Assembly: GCA_050951545.1 (NCBI GenBank)
Contig: JBMNJG010000002.1
Location: 32,001-96,000 of the forward strand
Reading direction: 5' to 3'
Origin: Limnochordia bacterium
GTDB taxonomy: Bacteria > Bacillota > Limnochordia > DTU080
DNA: 64,000 nucleotides
The translations under genes were made by a program, and so were the position numbers. A model generated the notes under the pieces. It was not told where the DNA came from. It worked only from the letters and a program-made list of their open reading frames with translations, and ran no database searches. This document shows, one piece after another, positions 1-8,325 of the stretch (positions within the stretch are counted from its first letter, which is position 1; each line of letters starts with the position of its first letter).

Positions 1-1
1 C

Positions 2-2791
2 GGTCTCACACCATAGTTCATCGACCAGGTGTGTGAGGCCCCGGATCAGCATCTCGGCGGCTCTTGCGTCTTGAGTTACCCTATGGTAATCACCCAAGCC
101 CCGAAGAATGATCGCCGTCATGAAGGGCTTTGTGGCGTTGGGCTGACTTTCAGCCTCATTGGCCGCGATCGTGTAGGTCCACTGACCGTCAGGCTGTTGC
201 TCCTCAGCAAGGATCTCAACCACTGCCTCGGCTGCCTTCAGATAGTATGGATCGCAGGTACTCTCGTAGGCTGCCACAAGCGCTACCAAGGCCCAGCCTG
301 CACTTCTGGTACCCACGTCGCGCTGCTGGTTCTGAAAGATCCTAGGGCGGTGGCGATCCGGCTTGACCAAAGCCAAATGGGCGAAAAAGTCACCTACTGC
401 AAGGGCTGCCTCTAAGCTACGCCGATCACCCGTCAAATGGTAGTAGTCAAGCAGGCCCTGATTCCATGTGTGGTGCTCGCCAGCGTATGATCGGTGAGAG
501 GCCGAATGGCTATGACCGCATCCGACCCAGACATCATTGTAAGCAGCCCAGACTAAATCGACATCCATCCAGTGCCTGGCAGCGCTTTCGGCAAGGTCGA
601 AGTAGCGCAAGTCTCCAGAGCGAGCAAACTGCTGGAAATAGACATAAGCCAAGTCATATTCACCGTTACCCCACCCGTCGGGGTCCCAGGTAGTGCTCCA
701 GTCGCCGAAATTGCGCCATCCATACTCGCCAAGACGATCACGGTTTTGAGCCAGTCTCACATAACCCTGCTCGACAAACGTCTCGTACATAGCGATAGAA
801 GGATTATACAGCGGCAAGTGCCCGTCCTCAATGAGAAGGAAGGGTCGCCCAAAACCATGGGTGCTCGAATACCATGATGGCGAAGCCACGGCCCGCAAAG
901 GATGCAGTAGCCCCGCAACAGCCGCAGCCCCCTGATCACTCAGGTCAAGATAGATCTCATGCCGTTTGGCCTCGCCTCCACCCATAATGAGAGGATCAGC
1001 GGATGCTGCCCAAAGCTGGACACGCAGATCGCCATCCTCATTAAGGACGATGCCTTTGGGAAAATGCTCCCAAAAATGGCGCACGCCTGCAGTTAGTGAC
1101 CGGTCTCCCTGGCGAAACTGTGCCCACCCGGGAGCTCGATCGCCCGCGGCTATCTGTCGACCATCCGAGATGATCTCATAGTTGCGTTCAGTAGTCTGCA
1201 GCAAAGCCACAGAAGCCGCCTGACCTGAGGATATCTGCTCCCTAGCAGTGGCTATGTCAAAGATGGCTTGGCTGCCTCTGAGCCAACCAGGGAAAGATAG
1301 CGATACATCGGTGATCTTCGCGTGCGAAACGGCTATCCGCGGCTCCCAACCCATAAGGTGCGTGATGGTGGGGTCTATTCTGACCCGTGTCGCGTTCCGG
1401 TAAAAATGAAAACGCATATCGTAGGCGAAGTTGAGCGTTTCGCCCCCTTCCATCTCGTGAAGCTCTCCTTTGACGAGCACGACAACTCGCTCAGGCCCTA
1501 CCTCTTCCACCATCAGCTGATAAGGGGCGCTCGAGGTGCTGATCACCAGGCCACCCGAGCCCTGCAACACGAGCTTGGGGGACTGAAGCCCCTCCCAGGG
1601 TACCCCGTCCACCTTAAGGCCACGGATCAGCTGGCTTTGCTTCCCGAAGGTCACCTCTAGGCGCCCTGTAGCCACCGTTACCGTATCATGGTCTTCCTCC
1701 ACGACTATACCCGCGTAAGGCGAGGCAGCCACCGTAGAACCATACTCAAGGACGTATTCGGCAGTCTCACCAGCGACCAGATCGGCCTGGAAATCCAGGA
1801 GCAACCAGCGAATACTACCGTCAGGCCAACGCGATAGAACGCTCGCCTGAAGGGGCACTTCCTGTCCATCGCGCAGCAAACGTGCTAAGGCAGGATTCCA
1901 GAGCTGACCCTCAGCGAGAGGCACGCCTGACGTGACTGGCTGGTTGATGCGAACCAGACCTTGATCTTCTGTGACGCGCAAGCTCACCTGGCGCTTGCCT
2001 GAGGAAGTAGATGGCCACGGAGGCAAACTGGGAGCCGGACGTTTTGGTCGATCACCCGTCCAAGTGGCATTGCGAACCGGGACCAGGTTCGGAGCTTCGT
2101 CATCCATCGCCCACACTCTGAACCCACCGTAGTACACATCCCCCGGCAGATCGTTATGTGTATGTTGGACAGTGAGCCGAGCGTCCTTCCACGTACTGAC
2201 GGGCTGGCGAAACGCCAGAGGACCTGCAACAGGCCTCTCCATATCATTTAGGTAAAGATAAGCTTCGTTCGTCTTACGATTGGCGATAATGCGCAAATGG
2301 TTCCAGCCATCCTTGAGGACCCCACAAGAGACGCCATAGCTAGAATCGCCCTTCGAGGCGCGAAACCCCAGTTGCCCCGTATCGGTGACGTACCAATTGA
2401 GGTTGGGCCCCGATTGGGAGACGTAGAGATTGACGCCCTTCCCCGCTACCCATCGCAGTTGATGCTCAACGGCGATGGTGACAGCTGCCGCAGACAAGGC
2501 CTGATCGAGAGGAGCTGTCATCCGAGTCTCCCTGCGATTCGGATCAGCCACAATGTGGACCGCCCTGCCTGAATCCAGCCCCGCATCACAAACTACCTCA
2601 ACAGACCCGGGCTCGCCCTCGACAAACCATCCCGCCGGAGTGCCTCCAATCTCGCTGGAGGAGAAGTCATCGGCGAAAAGCACAGGCGACTGCATTGCCC
2701 AAGAGGCATGGACCATAACTGCTAGCAGCGCTAGCACGCTGAGAAACAAAACACACGTCCTTCTGAATGCCTGAGCGGTGCGCGTAGTCAC
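2..2791 (-). CDS. Large secreted YetA/PcRGLX (PL26 exo-rhamnogalacturonan lyase)-like protein with N-terminal beta-sandwich; 3' end lies outside the window
   Basis: Not in the ORF track; translated by hand. AGGAG RBS, GTG at 2791, signal peptide (VLFLSVLALLAVMVHASWA). Contains QPVTSGVPLAEG, QASVLSRWPDGSIRWLLLDF, RHFWEHFPKG, YGWRNFGDW, WGNGEYD, AARHWMDVD and GLLDYYHLTGD. Frame stays open to the window edge. Confidence 0.8.
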   Translation of the reverse strand, partial: MTTRTAQAFRRTCVLFLSVLALLAVMVHASWAMQSPVLFADDFSSSEIGGTPAGWFVEGEPGSVEVVCDAGLDSGRAVHIVADPNRRETRMTAPLDQALSAAAVTIAVEHQLRWVAGKGVNLYVSQSGPNLNWYVTDTGQLGFRASKGDSSYGVSCGVLKDGWNHLRIIANRKTNEAYLYLNDMERPVAGPLAFRQPVSTWKDARLTVQHTHNDLPGDVYYGGFRVWAMDDEAPNLVPVRNATWTGDRPKRPAPSLPPWPSTSSGKRQVSLRVTEDQGLVRINQPVTSGVPLAEGQLWNPALARLLRDGQEVPLQASVLSRWPDGSIRWLLLDFQADLVAGETAEYVLEYGSTVAASPYAGIVVEEDHDTVTVATGRLEVTFGKQSQLIRGLKVDGVPWEGLQSPKLVLQGSGGLVISTSSAPYQLMVEEVGPERVVVLVKGELHEMEGGETLNFAYDMRFHFYRNATRVRIDPTITHLMGWEPRIAVSHAKITDVSLSFPGWLRGSQAIFDIATAREQISSGQAASVALLQTTERNYEIISDGRQIAAGDRAPGWAQFRQGDRSLTAGVRHFWEHFPKGIVLNEDGDLRVQLWAASADPLIMGGGEAKRHEIYLDLSDQGAAAVAGLLHPLRAVASPSWYSSTHGFGRPFLLIEDGHLPLYNPSIAMYETFVEQGYVRLAQNRDRLGEYGWRNFGDWSTTWDPDGWGNGEYDLAYVYFQQFARSGDLRYFDLAESAARHWMDVDLVWAAYNDVWVGCGHSHSASHRSYAGEHHTWNQGLLDYYHLTGDRRSLEAALAVGDFFAHLALVKPDRHRPRIFQNQQRDVGTRSAGWALVALVAAYESTCDPYYLKAAEAVVEILAEEQQPDGQWTYTIAANEAESQPNATKPFMTAIILRGLGDYHRVTQDARAAEMLIRGLTHLVDELWCET

Positions 2792-2809
2792 GGGAAAACA
2801 CTCCTAAGA

Positions 2810-2836
2810 ACCGCCCGGCTGTGTATGCCGGGCGGT
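2810..2836 (-). terminator. GC-rich stem-loop after the solute-binding protein gene (terminator or mRNA stabiliser)
   Basis: ACCGCCCGGC-7 nt-GCCGGGCGGT perfect 10-bp stem; only a weak U tract; lies just before the next RBS. Confidence 0.5.
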
Positions 2837-2858
2837 CCCCTTTATGTCGATCTCGTTC

Positions 2859-4121
2859 TTAGGGCTCAGCCGCCAAGAGCTTTTCCACGGCCGGACGTAT
2901 CTGCTCCATGGCTACTTTTGCCGAGACTTCTCCTGATAGAATTCGGACACAAGCTGCGCCCAGGTTCTCCTTCATGATAGCCGTCCACTGCACAAGCTGG
3001 GGCAATGCACGACCATGGTCTGAGGCCAACAGCAGTGTGACATCCCGAAGGCTGACTGGGTCCTCCCCAATCCTGTGGAACAGGTTCCAGTGATTGCGAT
3101 CGCGAGTCTGAGGTGGGAAACGCTTGTTCTCAAGATAGATCGAGTAGCCAGGCTCGTTCGGCACCAGAAGGAACTTGATGAACTCCCAAGCTTCCTCTTT
3201 ATAGACCGAACTGGGGCCGATGGTCATCACATTGCCTTTCCAGATGGAATACTGCCCGCCGGCGCCCCTCGGATGAATAGTTACATCCCACTCAAAGGGC
3301 CATTCCCTTCCCGTCACAGAAGGAAAGCCAGCCGGGTACATCGCTGTGATTGACGCAGTTTGCTTATCGAAATTGCCAGAACCCATCACCTCGCTGCTGC
3401 GTTGCTCAGCGAGCCAATCCAAGACTGTCAGTGCTGCAGGTTCGGTGAGCAGGAAGCGCTTGTTTTCCAGATCAAATAGGTCCCCGCCACCGGACCACAA
3501 CCAGGGCTCAAAATGGACCGCCGTCTTGCCTAGGTAATGCGACGTGCTCGCCCAACGTGTAACCCGTCCATCTACTCTGCGTACGAGTTTGCGTGCATAC
3601 TCGGTAAAAGTCGCTAGATCCCAGTGTACATCAGGCTTAGGTAGGCCCGCTTCATGCATATGAGTCAAGTTATACACCATGTAGTTGGGGGCTGAGATGT
3701 AGGGCAGTCCATAGATCTGGCCCTTGTACTGGATATCCGGCAATGAAGCCGGGAAATAGTCTTTCAGACTAAATGACTTGTCCTGCAGGACCAAATGGTT
3801 AAGGGGTTCGACCAATCCCGAACTAGCGAACTCTGCCAGGAACACACCGTCTACGGCAAAGACATCAGGTGCCAGACCACCTGCGGATAACACCTTCATC
3901 TTCGGATGGTGCACTCCCGTTCCTGACGAGAAGATGTACTCAATCTTGATGTCTGGATGCTCTCTCTCAAAGGCTTCTATTAGCTCTGTGTCGATTTTCT
4001 GTGGCCCCCACGTGGCCCAACGCAGAGTGATCGCTTTTGCAGGAACGTTTGCAGTACAAAGCAACAGCACCAAAAAGCTGAGGGCAACACTCTTGGCCAC
4101 AGGCAACAGGAATCGTCTCAT
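2859..4121 (-). CDS. ABC sugar-binding protein (SBP family 1)
   Basis: GGAGG RBS before MRRFLL; signal peptide; ITLRWATW, FEREHPDIKIE, APDVF, YGLPY, EEAWEFIKFL motifs. Confidence 0.9.
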   Translation of the reverse strand: MRRFLLPVAKSVALSFLVLLLCTANVPAKAITLRWATWGPQKIDTELIEAFEREHPDIKIEYIFSSGTGVHHPKMKVLSAGGLAPDVFAVDGVFLAEFASSGLVEPLNHLVLQDKSFSLKDYFPASLPDIQYKGQIYGLPYISAPNYMVYNLTHMHEAGLPKPDVHWDLATFTEYARKLVRRVDGRVTRWASTSHYLGKTAVHFEPWLWSGGGDLFDLENKRFLLTEPAALTVLDWLAEQRSSEVMGSGNFDKQTASITAMYPAGFPSVTGREWPFEWDVTIHPRGAGGQYSIWKGNVMTIGPSSVYKEEAWEFIKFLLVPNEPGYSIYLENKRFPPQTRDRNHWNLFHRIGEDPVSLRDVTLLLASDHGRALPQLVQWTAIMKENLGAACVRILSGEVSAKVAMEQIRPAVEKLLAAEP

Positions 4122-4216
4122 TTCATTTGCCTCCGCATTTAATGTTGTGCGACATAAACACAACTCTTTTCAACGCCTCCGGGTGTTGGCCTGCTTTATT
4201 TCTGTTTTCGGGGATC

Positions 4217-7138
4217 CTATTTGGTAATGGAGGCAAGCTCAAACCCAGTAAAGACTACCCCGCCAATTTGAACTGCCTCTTTGGGGAGAGCGTCAGACAA
4301 CGTCAGACGAAACCAGTGCTGGTCGGTTGCCTCGCTGAGATCAAGGGTGATCATCGCCCGCTGCCAGTCATCTGCATCGCCGTCTAGCTTTGCGGTGTAG
4401 GCTATGGGCTTCCACGCCTCTGGCGAGACAGCCACGGCCAGCTCAAGCCCTTCTTCTAAGCGGATCTCTGGACGGACGAACAGCGTTAAGGTAACCGTCT
4501 GTAACCGTGGTGTTTCCCAGACAAGATGCTCGGCAGTGTCTGTCCCCCGCAGCAAGCGATGTGGATCCCGGAAAAAGCGATCACTATCGCTGGTGTCGTA
4601 AACCCAGCCTTCAGAGCGGCTCGCGGTCTGCAGAAAGTCAATCGGAAACCATCCCTCCGTGACTGGTGGCGCCATGTTTTGCACAAGGGTCCAGCGATTG
4701 GCAACGTTGATGTCCAGCGTCTGACGGAACGCGCCGTAGGTATCATGCACTGTGGTCACAGTCAGCAAGCGATGTCCGTCGTCCAATCTCTCCGTATCGA
4801 TAAGTAGTTCATCAGGGCCCGGTAGTCTGGCCCCACGGTAGATATTCTCGCCATCTACATCAATGGTCACACTAACCAGATCCTCGGCGTGATGCGCATG
4901 CAACAGCTCGATGTTCAGCGGCAGGGTGCCAGTCACCCGACTACCATTCTCAAGCGACAGGAATCTCACCCTCACCGCCGGATAGTCAGGAAGGCTTTCG
5001 TAAAGGGCATCGTAGTAACCGCTGCGATGAGCCTGCTTGAGCAATTCCTCGGGCCACGTACCGTACCACGAGTAGTTGAGCTGTCGTTCAAGCTCAATTT
5101 CCGAGAAGTCGTAGCGCACAATGCCGTCTCGGCCAGCGAAAATGGCCCGGTCTGTGCCGATCTCATAAAAGAGCGCCCAACGGCCGTCTTCGAGGCGAAC
5201 TTTCTCTAACCACTCGAAGCCACTCAAGACGGCTCGCTTGACCTCCACGGATGGGTCTGGAATCGAATGCAGTAGTCTCAGAATGCCAGTCGATGAAGAG
5301 ATTGCAGTGGCGACGGGTTCGAATGATCGGGATGCCCGCGGCTCGTAGGTATCGGGATCATGGCGATGGCCCCAGCCTGTTAGGCGACCGTCAACCTCAA
5401 TCTGTGCCTTGACAATGTAGTCAATCCCTCTATCAAACGCCTGCGCGAGACGGGCCCTATACGCATCATCGACGAACTCAAATGGATGTCTCTCCAAGAC
5501 AACATCCTGGATAAGCGACATGACGCTGACCATCGCATCGGTATAAAACGTTACATGCCTGCTATAGGAGGTATAGCTTTCGGGGTCAGGATAGACATGC
5601 GGCCAGCCGCCCGAGGGGTACTGAGAGGCGAGGATGAAATCCAAGCTACGATAGAAAGCCTCTAGGAAACGTCGCTCGCCAGTAGCTGCATAAAGCCTGC
5701 CCAAGAAGCGGATCGGAGCAATCGTGCGCCCGCGGTTGAAGTCTGCGCGCTCGATCCCATCCCTGCATGACGGGGTCCGCGTCGGGTATTCCGGTGAGAA
5801 CGGAAAGTGAGCCATGCCCATGACCCAGCCCCATCCGCCAGTGGATGTCTGCCATGAGAGTAGATTGTCGCCGATGCGCTTCGCTTCTTCAGTTGTCCAC
5901 CAGGCTGGACTCTGGCCAGCATAGTCGGAGTACATGAAGCGCTTGGTGTGTTCTTTCGGCGGTATACGGCCAAGTGCTTCTTCGACTGCCGCCAGGTCAA
6001 TAGAAGCGACTATTCCTGTGTGAAACGGAGGTTCTTGCTCAAGAACAGCCTGTAGCAGCACCGGGATAGCAGTCCACGTGGACTTGGCGAAGAAGTCGTC
6101 ATGTAGGTCTCGATTCTTGTACCTGGGGTAGACCGTCGGCCAGCCACCACTGGGGAACTGCGCTTCAAGAAGAGTGTTCAAACCCTTGCTAAAGGCCTCT
6201 CGGTACTTTACCTCGCCAGTGATCGCATACATATGAGCCAACACACTGAGCTGTGTGGCCAGTATGCCATCCGGTACAGTTAACGTACCGATAAGGATGT
6301 CAATGGTGATCTCATCGGACTCCATTCTGCGCACAATGCGCTCTGCAAGAAACCGGGCCTCGTCTGTTTCCCACCATTCAGGGGGCCGCTGCGCGACATC
6401 GTTGTACTCGATCCAGATCGGAGTCGCCGCTTGCTCGGCCCTTTGGCGCGATTCCTCCTCAGAATTGGGCCCAAGGGTCCACACCTTGACATCCCCATAG
6501 AAGAACTCGCCCTTAATGTTTCGGTGTTGGGCGAGGATGAGCTCGGCACCAGCCCACGAGTCAACGGGTCTGCCAAAGGTCAATGGTTCACTAATCGGCA
6601 CTTGCATATCATTGAGATAAAAGACGACTTCCTGTCTTTCAATATCAGCCACAAGACGAATGCGGTTCCAGCCTTCTTGGAGTTTGCCAAGCCTGAGCGC
6701 ACTTTGCTTTGTGCCAACCCCTCGGTTGAAATACAAGTGGTCAGCAGCGACCCACCAATGCAGCCGGTGACTGCGCGCCTTGCTGATGTACATGTTGTTC
6801 TTTTCCTGTGAAGACCGAATGCGATGCTCGATCACGATGGTCTTGGCTTGTTCTGCTGGTGGATCCCACAAAGGAGCACTGATAGAGGTGTTTTCCAGGT
6901 TCGGATCAGATGTGATGCGGACTGCTCGCCCCGTATCCAGCTCAGCATCAGGGACGACACAAACGTATCCATCTCCTGCGTCAACCCTCCATCCCGCTAG
7001 TGGGTCTCCAAACTGATCCTCCGCAAAACTATCTGCGAACAGGAACTGCGCAGAATCCGCAAATGCACTATGGCCCAGCACACTGACTAACACGACAGCC
7101 AGGATGGTCGAGAAAACAGCCTTGTGAGTACCTGGCAT
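4217..7138 (-). CDS. Modular secreted PL10 (PelA/Pel-15E)-like pectate lyase
   Basis: Signal peptide; IGDNLLSWQTSTGGW, LDFILASQYPSGGWP, IVKAQIEVDGRLTGW, PRASRSFEP and ERQLNYSWYGTWP; partial upstream duplicate (LLEAQFPSGGWP); extra N- and C-terminal domains. Confidence 0.8.
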   Translation of the reverse strand: MPGTHKAVFSTILAVVLVSVLGHSAFADSAQFLFADSFAEDQFGDPLAGWRVDAGDGYVCVVPDAELDTGRAVRITSDPNLENTSISAPLWDPPAEQAKTIVIEHRIRSSQEKNNMYISKARSHRLHWWVAADHLYFNRGVGTKQSALRLGKLQEGWNRIRLVADIERQEVVFYLNDMQVPISEPLTFGRPVDSWAGAELILAQHRNIKGEFFYGDVKVWTLGPNSEEESRQRAEQAATPIWIEYNDVAQRPPEWWETDEARFLAERIVRRMESDEITIDILIGTLTVPDGILATQLSVLAHMYAITGEVKYREAFSKGLNTLLEAQFPSGGWPTVYPRYKNRDLHDDFFAKSTWTAIPVLLQAVLEQEPPFHTGIVASIDLAAVEEALGRIPPKEHTKRFMYSDYAGQSPAWWTTEEAKRIGDNLLSWQTSTGGWGWVMGMAHFPFSPEYPTRTPSCRDGIERADFNRGRTIAPIRFLGRLYAATGERRFLEAFYRSLDFILASQYPSGGWPHVYPDPESYTSYSRHVTFYTDAMVSVMSLIQDVVLERHPFEFVDDAYRARLAQAFDRGIDYIVKAQIEVDGRLTGWGHRHDPDTYEPRASRSFEPVATAISSSTGILRLLHSIPDPSVEVKRAVLSGFEWLEKVRLEDGRWALFYEIGTDRAIFAGRDGIVRYDFSEIELERQLNYSWYGTWPEELLKQAHRSGYYDALYESLPDYPAVRVRFLSLENGSRVTGTLPLNIELLHAHHAEDLVSVTIDVDGENIYRGARLPGPDELLIDTERLDDGHRLLTVTTVHDTYGAFRQTLDINVANRWTLVQNMAPPVTEGWFPIDFLQTASRSEGWVYDTSDSDRFFRDPHRLLRGTDTAEHLVWETPRLQTVTLTLFVRPEIRLEEGLELAVAVSPEAWKPIAYTAKLDGDADDWQRAMITLDLSEATDQHWFRLTLSDALPKEAVQIGGVVFTGFELASITK

Positions 7139-7199
7139 GGTTACACTCCCCTTCTGGTGTTGAGTGTTAAGACTGCGTACACGACACTGAAGCATTGGT

Positions 7200-7658
7200 C
7201 TACTCACCATCTTTGTAATGGTAGCCAGCCATCACGAGCCCACCAATCTGAACTGCGTCTTCGGGAAGAGCATCACCCAGCTCAAGCCCTTCTTCTAAGT
7301 CCAGAAGGCTTTCGTACAGCGCATCGAAGCGACTGTCGCGATAGGCCTGCTTAAGCAACTGCTCTGGCCACGTACCATACCAGGCGTAGCCGAGCTGCCG
7401 CTCAAGCTCCGAAACCGGGACATCAATATAGACTTTGCCCGTCTGCATACCGCGGATGATCCGTTCCCCAAGAGCCCTGGCTTCATCGGTGCCCCACCAC
7501 TCCAAAGGCTGGCTGACAACCTGCCCGTACTCCATCCACATGGTGGAGGTAGCCCCGAGGGCCGCCTGAGTACTAGCGGTCGCCATCGAGCAGACCAGTA
7601 TCCATAGCAGTATCAAGTGGAGCGAGGCCTTCGAAACCCGTTTCGCAGATCTCATCAT
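7200..7658 (-). CDS. Mini-paralogue of the PL10-like protein (signal peptide plus four in-frame fragments); may be a pseudogene
   Basis: EWWGTDEARALGERI, ELERQLGYAWYGTWPEQLLKQA, LEEGLEL and DALPEDAVQIGG match four distant segments of 4217-7138, in the same order. Confidence 0.7.
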   Translation of the reverse strand: MMRSAKRVSKASLHLILLWILVCSMATASTQAALGATSTMWMEYGQVVSQPLEWWGTDEARALGERIIRGMQTGKVYIDVPVSELERQLGYAWYGTWPEQLLKQAYRDSRFDALYESLLDLEEGLELGDALPEDAVQIGGLVMAGYHYKDGE

Positions 7659-7814
7659 TACAACGCCCTCTTCCTAGACTGAAGAAATCGCAGCATCCCC
7701 TAAGGACTCAGACCTGTCCTGAGGCTTTACAAAGCACTACGCGCAACAATTCCCGCCAGTAGAGTTTCGTTCGTTTTGCATATTCCCTACTCCTGCCCAT
7801 TGCATAGTTGGATA

Positions 7815-7984
7815 GCGCCAGTACTGTATGATGCAGCGCCAGCTTGCTTTCCCGTCCGGCAGCGCATCTGTGACAAGTGGGGAAACCTGTGACCATTGCT
7901 CTACCCTGGCATTCGTGGCGTACTATCTGTGGAAAAAGGAGACACGGATGCATGTGTCATTTCGGCATCTGCATGGGCGCGTGC
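7815..7984 (+). repeat. Copy 1 of an ~170-bp direct repeat (leader and first codons of the 13528 gene)
   Basis: Near-identical to 13394-13564, sharing TGTATGATGCAGC, TTGCTTTCCCGTCCGGCAGCGCAT and CTGTGACCATTGCTCTACCCTG; encodes MHVSFRHLHGRV versus MHLSSRHLYGRV. Confidence 0.9.
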
Positions 7985-8023
7985 GGAGCGCCGACGAGCT
8001 GCCCATCGCCAAGTCGCGGCTGC

Positions 8024-8052
8024 TTGACTCTTCATCGCAATGATGGTACTAT
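8024..8052 (+). promoter_or_regulatory. SigA-type promoter of the DEAD-box helicase gene
   Basis: TTGACT-17 bp-TACTAT with an extended -10 TG. Confidence 0.7.
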
Positions 8053-8325
8053 GCTAGAAGATGGCTAATACTTGTGGCCACGCGGACTCGCTCCGGTGGC
8101 CTTTCGCATTTGTGCCGTCTCTCACCCCTTGCGACATTTGGGTCCCCTCGGCTAGCACCGAAACCGAAATAGTACTCTTGGGGGCATCAACCCCTATCCA
8201 GCACAGGCGGTGGGAGCATTATTGCCCCAGCCAGGAGAGCTATGCCTCACCGTTGCTCTGACGGATCCTACTCAAGCATTGGGAAATACGAGTCACCCGG
8301 CGATGGCCGGAGAAGGACGGGTTTA

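Noticed and set aside
29-2774. Many short plus-strand ORFs
   Set aside because: They are antisense shadows of the long minus-strand gene 2-2791.
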